DNA of 64,000 nt, from NCBI GenBank assembly GCA_963809895.1, contig CAWELD010000003.1:544001-608000 (forward strand), written 5' to 3'. Within the stretch, counting starts at the first letter, position 1, and each line of letters starts with the position of its first letter. The DNA is from an uncultured Gemmatimonadales bacterium (GTDB lineage: Bacteria; Gemmatimonadota; Gemmatimonadetes; Longimicrobiales; Gaopeijiaceae). Below are positions 46,251 through 55,504 of this stretch, in pieces. The notes beneath the pieces are model-generated. The model saw nothing but the letters and a program-made list of their open reading frames with translations. It searched no databases and was not told where the DNA came from. The position numbers were made by a program, and so were the translations under genes.

Positions 46251-49200
46251 ATGAAGGATCCGGGAAGTCTGAAACAGCTCCTCGCCGAGCTGGGCTCGGA
46301 GTACGAGCTCGTGCGCGAGCTCGGACGGGGGACCACGGCCATCGTCTACCTGGTCCGGGACCACGCCCTGGGTCGGGACGTGGCGCTCAAGGTGATCCGC
46401 TCCTCGTTCGGCCACGACGAGGAGGCGGTGGCCCGCCTGCAACGAGAGGCGCGGCTGGTGGCCCAGCTTCAGCACCCCAACATCGTGCGCCTCTACGGGA
46501 CCCGTCAGGCCGACGACGGCAGCCTGGTCCTGCTCATGGAGCACGTTCCCGGACGGAATCTCAAGGAGGTGCTGCGTGAGGAGGGCGCCCTCTCACCGCG
46601 GCGCACCGTGGGCTACCTGCGCGACGTGGCGTCGGCCCTGGCCTATGCCCATCGTCGGCGCATCGTGCACCGCGATGTGAAGCCCGAGAACATCTACGTG
46701 GACGACGAGGTGGGCACGGCTCGCCTGGCCGACTTCGGCGTGGCGCGCCCGTGGGATCGGGATACCCGGCTGACGCTCCCGGGCGAATCGCTGGGCACGC
46801 CGGCCTACATGTCTCCGGAACAGATCGACGACGAGGACGTGGACGGGCGGAGCGACGTCTACAGTCTCGGCCTGGTCGGATACGAGATGCTGTTGGGACA
46901 GCACCCCTGGGAGGGGGAGAACCTGTTCAGCGTCATCTACAAGCAGAAGAACGAGGTGCTCCCGCCGCTGTCCGAGCGTGTGCCCGGCGTGCCTCCGGGC
47001 CTGGCGCGCGTGCTCGAACGCGCTCTCCGGAAGGAGAAGGAAGGGCGCTGGGCGTCGGCCGAGGCCTTTCTGGCCGCGCTGGACGGTCTGGAAACGGGCG
47101 CCGAGCCCGACATGCTGGACGAAATGGAACCACTGGACCGTGCCTTTCTGGGATCGGCTGCGTCGTCCGGCGAAGAGCGGCGGGTGCCCGACCGGAGGGA
47201 GATCGAGGCGGCACTGCGGTCGGTGGAGGCCGAGACGGGGGACGAGGACGAGGTGTCCACCGGGGCGCCGGAGGCCACCGCTGCGGCGGATCACGCATCG
47301 GTGGACGCGTCGTGGGGCGGCTCGGCCGACGACGGCTGGGACGACGTGGCCCCGGGCTGGGAAGGGGAAGACGAGGAGGAAGGGGCCGCCGAGCCCGAAG
47401 CACCGGAGCCCACGGGACGCCGCGGCCTCGCCGGCACGCTGATCCTGATCCTGCTGGCCAGCGGGGTCGGGATCACCTGGTGGTGGAGCCGGGGATCGGA
47501 GACGCCGTCCGTCGAGACGTCCGAGGCCGTCCCGTCCTCGCCGCCGGCCTCGCCGGCGCAGGGTCCGACCGCGGCCGGGCCGCAAGGGAGTCCCGTGTTG
47601 TCGATGCCCGCCTACGTGCCGTCGGTGGGCCGGGCAGGGGAGGAGGTGCTCGTGGCGGTGGCGGTCAACGACTCGTCGGGGGCTCCGCTCCAGGGGCGCG
47701 ACGTGAGCTTCGAGGTCGTGGAGGGGGACGCCACCCTGTCGGCGGACCACGCCGCCACCGGGCCGGCCGGCGTGGCCCAGACCGAGGCTCGGCTTCCCGA
47801 GCAGCCCGGCCGCATCATCCTCCAGGCTTCGGCCGAAGGCGCGCTCGATCCCCTCCGTCTCTCGGTGGACGTGGTGCCCGGGCCTCCCGTCGATGCCGAG
47901 GCCTTCTACGGCACCGGTCAGCGCGCACTGGTCGGCGAGGACCTGCCGCAGGTGGTGGGAATCCGGATTCGTGACCAGTTCGGCAATCCCGTGCCCGACG
48001 AGGAGGTGAACTTCCGGGTCGTGTCGGGCGGCGGTCGCATCGGCCCGCCGCGCACCACGACGGACTCGGCCGGACGTGCCTATGCCCGTTGGACCCTGGG
48101 AGACCTGGTCGGGACGCAGCAGGCGCAGGCCGCGCTTCCCGCGGCCGCCGATCTGGTGGTGTCCCTGAGCGCCACCGCCCAGGCCCTGCCGGTGGACAGT
48201 ACGCCTGCGCAGCAGGAGGACCCGTCACAGGCGGAGGCCGCCTCGTCACCCGAGCAGGCGCCCGAAGCGCCCCCTCTGCGTGTGGTGTCGCGCTCCTACG
48301 CCGTGGGCGGAACCAGCGTCTGTCGTGTGACCGGGGGTGATGTCTCGTGTCGGGGCTCCAACGACCGGGGACAGCGGGACGGCGGACCCGACCAGGGGAT
48401 CGTGGCGCTGGCCGTGGGCGTGTCTCATGCCTGCTCGCTGGACGCCGACGGACGAGCGTTCTGCTGGGGAGCCAACGACAGTGGCCAGCTGGGGGACGGA
48501 ACTCGCAGCGATCGTGCGGAGGCGGTGGCGGTGGACACCGATGTCCGCTTCCGGACGCTGGCGGCCGGACTGTCCCACACCTGCGGCCTGGACGCCGCGG
48601 GCCGGCCGTGGTGTTGGGGGCGGAATCTGGGTGGACAGCTCGGCGACGGCACTCGGGACGATCACGCCGTCCCGCGGCCCGCCGGAGACGTGCAGCTGCG
48701 GACGCTGGTGGCTGGATGGAACCACACCTGCGGGCTGGACGTCGAAGGGCGGGCGTGGTGCTGGGGGCTCAACGCCGACGGGCAGCTCGGCGACGGCACC
48801 CGGGTGGACCGCCTGAGCCCGAAGCGGCTGCCGGGCTCGCCGGTGTTCGACGAACTCACCGCCGGCAGCACCCACACCTGCGGCCTCGTCCGTGGGCAGG
48901 TGTCGTGCTGGGGGGACGACGGCTTCGGGCAGCTGGGTGACGGCTCGACCACCGACAGCGATCGGCCGGTGCCGGTCCCGGGGCTTCCCGGGACGGTCGT
49001 GCGCGTCGTTGCCGGAGCGGTGCACACGTGTGCTCTGGTCGAGGACGGTGAGGCCTTCTGCTGGGGTCAGAACGCCCATGGCCAGCTCGGCTCCGGCACC
49101 ACCCGCAACGCCAGCAGCCCGGTGGCCGTGGCCGGCGGGCTCACCTTCCAGACCCTCCTGGCGGGCGGCGGCATGACCTGCGGGTTCGCCCAGGGCGGCG

Positions 49201-49289
49201 GTGAGTACTGCTGGGGGCTGAATCAGGCCGGACAGCTCGGCGACGGCACCCGTACGAACCGATTGCAGCCCACGCCGGTCGGCGGGTAG
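46251..49289 (+). CDS. Transmembrane Hanks-type Ser/Thr kinase with Big_1 Ig-like domains and 7 RCC1/BLIP-II repeats
   Basis: LGRG, VALK, HPNIV, HRDVKPEN, DFG, GTPAYMSPEQ, SDVYSLG; acidic linker; TM; two invasin-like Ig domains; seven H.C.L...G...CWG.N..GQLGDG blades. Confidence 0.9.
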   Translation: MKDPGSLKQLLAELGSEYELVRELGRGTTAIVYLVRDHALGRDVALKVIRSSFGHDEEAVARLQREARLVAQLQHPNIVRLYGTRQADDGSLVLLMEHVPGRNLKEVLREEGALSPRRTVGYLRDVASALAYAHRRRIVHRDVKPENIYVDDEVGTARLADFGVARPWDRDTRLTLPGESLGTPAYMSPEQIDDEDVDGRSDVYSLGLVGYEMLLGQHPWEGENLFSVIYKQKNEVLPPLSERVPGVPPGLARVLERALRKEKEGRWASAEAFLAALDGLETGAEPDMLDEMEPLDRAFLGSAASSGEERRVPDRREIEAALRSVEAETGDEDEVSTGAPEATAAADHASVDASWGGSADDGWDDVAPGWEGEDEEEGAAEPEAPEPTGRRGLAGTLILILLASGVGITWWWSRGSETPSVETSEAVPSSPPASPAQGPTAAGPQGSPVLSMPAYVPSVGRAGEEVLVAVAVNDSSGAPLQGRDVSFEVVEGDATLSADHAATGPAGVAQTEARLPEQPGRIILQASAEGALDPLRLSVDVVPGPPVDAEAFYGTGQRALVGEDLPQVVGIRIRDQFGNPVPDEEVNFRVVSGGGRIGPPRTTTDSAGRAYARWTLGDLVGTQQAQAALPAAADLVVSLSATAQALPVDSTPAQQEDPSQAEAASSPEQAPEAPPLRVVSRSYAVGGTSVCRVTGGDVSCRGSNDRGQRDGGPDQGIVALAVGVSHACSLDADGRAFCWGANDSGQLGDGTRSDRAEAVAVDTDVRFRTLAAGLSHTCGLDAAGRPWCWGRNLGGQLGDGTRDDHAVPRPAGDVQLRTLVAGWNHTCGLDVEGRAWCWGLNADGQLGDGTRVDRLSPKRLPGSPVFDELTAGSTHTCGLVRGQVSCWGDDGFGQLGDGSTTDSDRPVPVPGLPGTVVRVVAGAVHTCALVEDGEAFCWGQNAHGQLGSGTTRNASSPVAVAGGLTFQTLLAGGGMTCGFAQGGGEYCWGLNQAGQLGDGTRTNRLQPTPVGG

Positions 49290-49327
49290 ATCCGGCCTGC
49301 GAGGCCTACGCCCGACGCTCGGGCGAC

Positions 49328-49810
49328 TCAGTTCGCCGGCTGGATCACCTGGTCCTCGGCCCGGATCATGAAGGCGTTGCCCGTCGAAGGCAGAACCCGG
49401 GCGATCACCTCCACCGGCTCGCCGGCGGGCCAACTCGGCCCCTCGGTGACCTCGACCTCCAGCACCGGGCCGACCGACTCGGGCCGTTGCATGATGCGGG
49501 TGGACCAGATGGCACCTTCGTACACCAGGTAGAGCGCCTCGATCGCCAGACCGTTGGGGATGTCCCGGCCGTCGCTACGCACGAGCCTGAGGTGTGACAC
49601 CACCGAGCCGCGCTCCTGGGAATTCGGCGGGTCGGGCTCGCGTGTCAGCTGCGCCTCGAGGCGCAGGGACGCATCCCCGAGCCCGATGACCGTGGGCGTC
49701 GACTCCAACGTCTCCAGGGGCGGCACGGACAGGAGCGTGTAGGAGCAGCCGCTCAGGAGCAGGCCGGCCAGGAAGAGCCCCGCGGGGCGCGAGAAGCGTG
49801 GACGAGACAT
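49328..49810 (-). CDS. Hypothetical lipoprotein
   Basis: MSRPRFSRPAGLFLAGLLLSG-C lipobox; beta-rich mature part with EGPSWP motif. Confidence 0.65.
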   Translation of the reverse strand: MSRPRFSRPAGLFLAGLLLSGCSYTLLSVPPLETLESTPTVIGLGDASLRLEAQLTREPDPPNSQERGSVVSHLRLVRSDGRDIPNGLAIEALYLVYEGAIWSTRIMQRPESVGPVLEVEVTEGPSWPAGEPVEVIARVLPSTGNAFMIRAEDQVIQPAN

Positions 49811-49914
49811 GGGCATCCCAGACGGACGTGGATTCGAGGCGATGAGCGTTCGCGTACCTCATTCATACGCTCCGGCCGCCGGATCGTAACGTCGGGGGAC
49901 AACCGCGCGCGAGA

Positions 49915-52473
49915 TCAGCCCCGGCGCCGGGGGGTCCCGCGGAGCGGCTCGGCCGAGAGGGGATCCTCGGGCCAGGCGTGTTTGGGATAGCGCCCACGCA
50001 TGTCCTTGCGTACCTCGTGGTAGGCGTCACGCCAGAAGCTGGCCAGGTCGCGGGTCACCTGTACCGGCCGTCGTGCCGGTGACAGCAGCTTCATGAGCAG
50101 AGGCACCCGACCTCCGCCGATACGGGGGGTCTCGCTCAGGCCGAACACCTCCTGCAGGCGCACGGCCAGCGCCGGGGCTGTTGGATCGGAGTAGTCCAGG
50201 AGGATCCGGGAGCCGCTGGGGACCTCGATCCGCTCCGGGGCCAGGTGGTCGAGGCGCTGCCGATCCTTCCAGTCCAGTCTCGAGAGGAGTGCCTCGTCCA
50301 GGGCGAGCCGTCGCAGGTCGTCCAGGGAGCGCATGCCTGCCGCGAAGGGGGCGAGCCAACCGTCGAGGCCAGCCAGGAGCGCCTCGTCGGACACCTCGGG
50401 CCAACTCCCGGGCTCCAGGTGGTGCAGGAACGCGAGCCGATGACGGAGCTGCTCCACCTCGCGGGTCCAGGGCAGCACGCGCAGGCCACGCTCCCGGATG
50501 CCCTCCATGAGCGCCGCCGTCACGTCGCTCGGTGCGGGATCCGAGAGGGGGCCCTCCTCCAGGACCAGCGCTCCCAGGGAGCGTATCCAGCGCGCGCGCA
50601 CCCGCTCGGCACCGCTGTCCCAGAAGACCTCTTCTCGGGCCTGCACCTGGGCCGCGAAGTGCTCTTCCACGGCCTCGAGACTCAGGGGCGCCGCCTGGAA
50701 GATGCGGGCGTCGCGGCCCCGCCCTTCGACCGCCACGGCCACGAGCCAGTCCGCCCCGGCCAGGGGCTGGGGCTCGGCGAAGCGGGCTCCCCGGCCGTTG
50801 CGCAGGAGGAACCGGCCCCGCTCTCCCTCCCGACGCCGCCCGATACGGTCGGGGTAGGCCCAGGCAGCCAACACGCCGACCACGTCCTCGTCGCTGCCCC
50901 TCTCGCCACGCCGCTCCACACCCAGCATCCGGCTCCAGTGACGGGACTCGCGCAGCGCCCGGTGCAGACCGCGGCGGTCGACGCGTTGGCCCCGGACCGT
51001 CGCCGGGATGCGGGATCCGCCGGCGCCGGCGCGGCCCAGGGCTTCCACGCGCAGGCGCAGGTCGGCGTCCGGGGCCCGCCCCTCGGCCCGGAGGATGTCC
51101 CGCTCACCCAACAGCGCGGCCACGTGGCACGCCGTCGCGGCCCACCCGCGGTCTCTGGCCCGCAGGAGCATGTGCGCGAGGCGTGGATGGAGGCCCAGCT
51201 CCGCCATGGCCCGGCCATGGGCCGTGATGGAGCCCTGGGCGTCCAACGCGTCCAGCTCCCCCAGGAGCTCGCGGGCCTGAGCGAAGGATGCCGCGGGAGG
51301 TGGGTCCAGCCAGCGCAGATCGTCGGGCGCGCTTCCCCAGGCGGCCAACTCCAGCGCGAGAGGAGCCAGGTCGGCTTCAAGGATCTCCGGCGTCCTCCCG
51401 GGCACCAGGCCGCGCTCCTCGCCGGGCGTCCAGAGTCGGTAGCAGACCCCGGGCCCCGTCCGTCCCGCTCGTCCTCGCCGCTGGTCGGCGGAGTCTCTCG
51501 ACACGCGCACGGTCTCGAGTCGCGTCATGCCCGTGCCCGGGTCGAAGCGCGGAACGCGCATGAGGCCTGCGTCCACCACCACGCGCACGCCGTCGATGGT
51601 GAGGGAGCTCTCGGCGATGGCCGAGGACAGGACCACCTTGCGCCGCCCGTCGGGCGCCGGCCGCACCGCACGGTCCTGCGCCTCGGCCGACAGGCTCCCG
51701 TGAAGGCGGAGCACCTCCACACCCGCAGGCAGGCGGGCGGCCTCCAGGGCTTCCGCGGTACGTCGAATCTCCCGGGCTCCCGGCAGGAAGACCAACACGT
51801 CTCCGCTCTCCTCCTCGAGGGCGGCACGCACCCTGTCGGCGACCACCGGCTCGATCCAGCCCCGCACCGGCGCGTCCAGCCAGCGGGTTTCAACGGGATG
51901 GCGTCGGCCCCGGCTCTCCAACACGGGAGCGCCGTCGAGCAACGCAGCCACGGGCTCGGCATCCAGCGTCGCCGACATGACCATGAGCCGTAGGTCGGGA
52001 CGAAAGAGACGGCGCGCCTGCAGCGCCAGCGCCAGGCCCAGATCGGCGTGCAGGGAGCGCTCGTGGAATTCGTCGAAGATCACCAGACCGACGCCACGCA
52101 GCGCCGGGTCGCTCTGGAGCATGCGGGTGAGCACCCCTTCGGTCACGAGCTCCACCCGCGTCCGCGGGCCCACCCGCGTGTCCATGCGCACCCGGTATCC
52201 CACGGTGCCTCCGGGCTCGGTCTCGCCCACGAGACGGCTCATGTGCCAGGCCGCGGCGCGGGCGGCCAGGCGCCGCGGTTCCAGGACGAGGATGGTCTCG
52301 GATCCGAGCCACGGCTCCTCCAGCAGCGCCAGCGGCACCAGGGTCGTCTTGCCGGCGCCGGGGGGCGCGATCAGGACGGCGCGGCGATCCCGGGCCAACG
52401 CGTCGCGAATGTCACCCAGCGCCTCCCGAACGGGCAGGTCGGGGAGCGGCGGGACGGACGGCCTGCGGCTCAT
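49915..52473 (-). CDS. hrpB: ATP-dependent RNA helicase HrpB
   Basis: APPGAGKTT, LEPRRLAAR, DEFHER, MSATL, QRRGRAGR, C-terminal LSPARRPVQVT.DLASFW...YPKHAWPEDP. Confidence 0.95.
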   Translation of the reverse strand: MSRRPSVPPLPDLPVREALGDIRDALARDRRAVLIAPPGAGKTTLVPLALLEEPWLGSETILVLEPRRLAARAAAWHMSRLVGETEPGGTVGYRVRMDTRVGPRTRVELVTEGVLTRMLQSDPALRGVGLVIFDEFHERSLHADLGLALALQARRLFRPDLRLMVMSATLDAEPVAALLDGAPVLESRGRRHPVETRWLDAPVRGWIEPVVADRVRAALEEESGDVLVFLPGAREIRRTAEALEAARLPAGVEVLRLHGSLSAEAQDRAVRPAPDGRRKVVLSSAIAESSLTIDGVRVVVDAGLMRVPRFDPGTGMTRLETVRVSRDSADQRRGRAGRTGPGVCYRLWTPGEERGLVPGRTPEILEADLAPLALELAAWGSAPDDLRWLDPPPAASFAQARELLGELDALDAQGSITAHGRAMAELGLHPRLAHMLLRARDRGWAATACHVAALLGERDILRAEGRAPDADLRLRVEALGRAGAGGSRIPATVRGQRVDRRGLHRALRESRHWSRMLGVERRGERGSDEDVVGVLAAWAYPDRIGRRREGERGRFLLRNGRGARFAEPQPLAGADWLVAVAVEGRGRDARIFQAAPLSLEAVEEHFAAQVQAREEVFWDSGAERVRARWIRSLGALVLEEGPLSDPAPSDVTAALMEGIRERGLRVLPWTREVEQLRHRLAFLHHLEPGSWPEVSDEALLAGLDGWLAPFAAGMRSLDDLRRLALDEALLSRLDWKDRQRLDHLAPERIEVPSGSRILLDYSDPTAPALAVRLQEVFGLSETPRIGGGRVPLLMKLLSPARRPVQVTRDLASFWRDAYHEVRKDMRGRYPKHAWPEDPLSAEPLRGTPRRRG

Positions 52474-52488
52474 CCGTCCGGTCGTCCG

Positions 52489-53550
52489 TCAGGCGTCACG
52501 GCGATCCGGACGGGGTAGCGCGCCGAGCGCCTCGCGCAGGCGCGCCGGATCGTCGCTGCTCACACCGATGCGGCGAACGAGCTTCCGGCGCCCGTACAGC
52601 CCGACGGCTTCCACAGGGGCGGCGAGCTCCACGAGGAACCACGGTCGACCCGGGAGGGCGAGGCACAGGTCCACGTCTCGCCGTGAGGAGCCCAGCGGCG
52701 CGTCGCCCACGGCGGTCACCGCCTCCCGGGGGACCCGTACCGTCCAGCGGAGGCCCAGTCGGAGCAGCAGCTCGTCGGAGCTCAACAGCATCGGTCGAAG
52801 GCTCGCGGCTCGGGCGTCGCCGACCAGCCAGAGGATCGAGTAGGCGCTCAGCGCCGTGAGCGTCCACGCCAGCGTCGGGCTGAGCCCGCGGAGCATCACA
52901 TGGACGCCGGCTCCCTCGGCACAGATCACCAGGATCAGTGCTCCCACCAGAGCCGGATATCCGCTCCGGCGGTGGTATGTGAACGCGACCGCGTCGGGCC
53001 GGGTCTCCGGCGCCGCCCTCCAGGAAACGAAGGCGTAGCGGAGCAGCGCGAACTCGTAGGCCAGGGCGTCGGCCAGCCGTGAGGGGCCCAGCACCTGACG
53101 CGTGGCCTCTCGGATCGCCTGGAGGGTGTCTCCCGCGCCCGCCCCGGCGCGGCTGGCGTGGGCGATGCGCCGCACCCTCCTGACGACGAGCCAGAGCACG
53201 ACCAGCTCCGCCGGCGCGGCCAGCAGGCCGGCAGCGTCCAGCAGCTGGCGGCGCCCGCTGGGCAGGATGAACCCGGCCACGGCCACCGCCGCCACGAACA
53301 CCGGCAGGACCGTCGTGGCCGACCAGCCCCGGGGGCGGGCGACCAGCAGGTACCAGAGGGCGGGCACCACGACCGTGAGGTCCGTGGTCACCGCCGCGTC
53401 CAGCAGGGCCTGACGACCGGTGCCCGGCGCCACCGCCACCACCTGGGCGGCTACGGCGAAGACGCCGGCGCAGGCGGCCACGAACAGCAGCGCCAGGTGC
53501 CGGGCGCTGAGGGGCCGGCGCAGCAGGGAGGGCGGAAGCGAGCGGTTCAT
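52489..53550 (-). CDS. Hypothetical multi-pass membrane protein
   Basis: About 6 hydrophobic helices (DLTVVVPALWY, FTYHRRSGY, E...VH.ML) and a C-terminal PH-like beta region. Confidence 0.65.
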   Translation of the reverse strand: MNRSLPPSLLRRPLSARHLALLFVAACAGVFAVAAQVVAVAPGTGRQALLDAAVTTDLTVVVPALWYLLVARPRGWSATTVLPVFVAAVAVAGFILPSGRRQLLDAAGLLAAPAELVVLWLVVRRVRRIAHASRAGAGAGDTLQAIREATRQVLGPSRLADALAYEFALLRYAFVSWRAAPETRPDAVAFTYHRRSGYPALVGALILVICAEGAGVHVMLRGLSPTLAWTLTALSAYSILWLVGDARAASLRPMLLSSDELLLRLGLRWTVRVPREAVTAVGDAPLGSSRRDVDLCLALPGRPWFLVELAAPVEAVGLYGRRKLVRRIGVSSDDPARLREALGALPRPDRRDA

Positions 53551-53680
53551 GGCGGAGGGGAGCATGGGATCGGCGAGGCTCGAAAGGAGGGTAGAGGACG
53601 CTGACAACAGGCGCCAGCCCTTGGACAGCCTCCGTCGGCGGGCCATTCTACTCCATCCCCACCAACCCGGAGGTCCGCCC

Positions 53681-54550
53681 GTGCCCGAACCTGTTACGAG
53701 TCCCTACCTCGTTCCCTTCGACGGATCCTTCCACGTCGCGGATGCCGCCACCGAGCCGCCCGACGATGCGCCCTCGAAGAAGAAGTGCGAGAAGCGCCTC
53801 GACGATCTCGTGGACCGTCTCGAGGAGCTCCAGCGCACGCTGTACGCCGACGATCGCTACGCCATCCTCCTGGTCTTCCAGGCCCTGGACGCGGCCGGCA
53901 AGGACGGCACCATCCGGGCGGTGCTCGAGGGCGTGAATCCGGCCGGGTGCCAGGTCTTCTCCTTCAAGCAGCCGTCCCGCGAGGAGCTCGATCACGACTT
54001 TCTGTGGCGGACCGCACGCCGCCTGCCGGAGCGCGGTCGCATCGGCGTGTTCAACCGCAGCTACTACGAAGAGGTCCTGGTCGTGCGGGTGCATCCCTCG
54101 TTTCTGGGGGCCCAGCGCTTGCCCGAGGGGGATCCCACGCCGGAGTTCTGGGATCGGCGCTTCGAGTCCATCCGGGACCACGAGCGCCATCTCGCCCGCA
54201 ACGGGACCGTGGTCCTCAAGTTCTGGCTCAACGTGTCCAGGGACGAGCAGCGCCGCCGCTTCCTGGACCGCCTGCGCGAGCCGGACAAGAACTGGAAGTT
54301 CTCCACGGGCGACGTTCAGGAGCGTGACCACTGGGACGCCTACCGGTACGCCTACGAGGAGGCGCTCAGGGCGACCTCCCGGCCCTGGGCACCGTGGTAC
54401 GCCATTCCCGCGGACGACAAGCCGTTCATGCGCATGACCGTGGCGGACGTCGTCGTGAGGACGCTGGAGGGGCTGGGGCTCGCCTATCCGGAGGTGAACG
54501 AAGCGGAGAAGGCCCGCTTCGACGAGATGCGGCGCCTGCTGGAGAAATGA
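53681..54550 (+). CDS. ppk2: Polyphosphate kinase 2 family (class III-like polyphosphate:nucleotide phosphotransferase)
   Basis: GGAGG RBS + GTG; LVFQALDAAGKDG, SFKQPS.EELDHDFLWR, FNRSYYEEVL, KNWKFS..D, APWYAIPAD.K. Confidence 0.93.
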   Translation: MPEPVTSPYLVPFDGSFHVADAATEPPDDAPSKKKCEKRLDDLVDRLEELQRTLYADDRYAILLVFQALDAAGKDGTIRAVLEGVNPAGCQVFSFKQPSREELDHDFLWRTARRLPERGRIGVFNRSYYEEVLVVRVHPSFLGAQRLPEGDPTPEFWDRRFESIRDHERHLARNGTVVLKFWLNVSRDEQRRRFLDRLREPDKNWKFSTGDVQERDHWDAYRYAYEEALRATSRPWAPWYAIPADDKPFMRMTVADVVVRTLEGLGLAYPEVNEAEKARFDEMRRLLEK

Positions 54551-54666
54551 CGGTCCGCGGGACCGGGCCCCCGGGACTTGTCCCCCGTGCCGCCAATCGT
54601 AGATTCGGGTCCGAGTGGGCCGGTGGGATCCGGCGCACGCGATGACTCCCTTCACGTCGAGACCTC

Positions 54667-54864
54667 ATGAAGTTTTTCGGATACGTCATCGGAATCATCT
54701 GGATCGGCCTCGCCTTCGGAGCGTTCCGCACGTCGGCGGCCGGATGGTCGGGCGGCCATTCCGACATGGGCTTCTGGTGGGCGGTGATCGGCACCCTGCT
54801 GTCGGTGGCGGCGCTCGGCGCCCTGATCGGCACCACGATCCACATCCGGGCCCAGCGCCACTGA
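54667..54864 (+). CDS. Small two-TM membrane protein
   Basis: 65 aa with two hydrophobic helices and coding-like codon usage. Confidence 0.55.
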   Translation: MKFFGYVIGIIWIGLAFGAFRTSAAGWSGGHSDMGFWWAVIGTLLSVAALGALIGTTIHIRAQRH

Positions 54865-54877
54865 CGGCTCGCGGGCC

Positions 54878-55504
54878 GTGACACTGCCTCTTCCGACACC
54901 TTCCAAGATCGTGTGCGTGGGCCGGAACTACCGGGCCCACGCGGCGGAGCTCGGCAACGACGTGCCCGCCGAGCCACTGATCTTCCTGAAGCCACCCTCC
55001 GCATTGCTGGCACCCGGGGCGGCCATCGTTCTACCGCCCCAGTCGTCGCGGGTGGAGCACGAAGGCGAGATCGGGATCATCGTCGGGCGGCGCCTCCGAC
55101 ACGCCTCGGACTCCGAGACCCGTAGCGCGGTCTCGCACGTCCTGCCTCTCAACGACGTCACGGCCAGGGACCTGCAGCGCACCGACGCTCAATGGACCCG
55201 CGCCAAGGGCTTCGACACCTTCTGCCCGGTGGGCGACCCCGTGGCGGCCGACGGGCTGGACCTCGAGGCGCTGGAGGTCCTCTGTCGGGTGAACGGAGAC
55301 ACGCGTCAGCACGGCCGTGCATCGGACATGGTCTTCAACGTCCCCTTCATCCTCTCCTACATCTCCCACATCATGACGCTGGAGCCCGGCGATGTGGTGG
55401 CCACCGGCTCGCCCGAGGGTGTCGGACCACTCCGCCCCGGTGACGTGGTGCGGGTGGAGATCCCGGGGGTGGGCGCGGTGGAGAACCCGGTGGTGTCGGG
55501 ATGA
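54878..55504 (+). CDS. Fumarylacetoacetate hydrolase family protein
   Basis: KIVCVGRNY..HAAE, FLKP, EHEGE, NDVTARD.Q, RAKGFDTFCP, TLEPGDV.ATG.P.GVG. Confidence 0.93.
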   Translation: MTLPLPTPSKIVCVGRNYRAHAAELGNDVPAEPLIFLKPPSALLAPGAAIVLPPQSSRVEHEGEIGIIVGRRLRHASDSETRSAVSHVLPLNDVTARDLQRTDAQWTRAKGFDTFCPVGDPVAADGLDLEALEVLCRVNGDTRQHGRASDMVFNVPFILSYISHIMTLEPGDVVATGSPEGVGPLRPGDVVRVEIPGVGAVENPVVSG

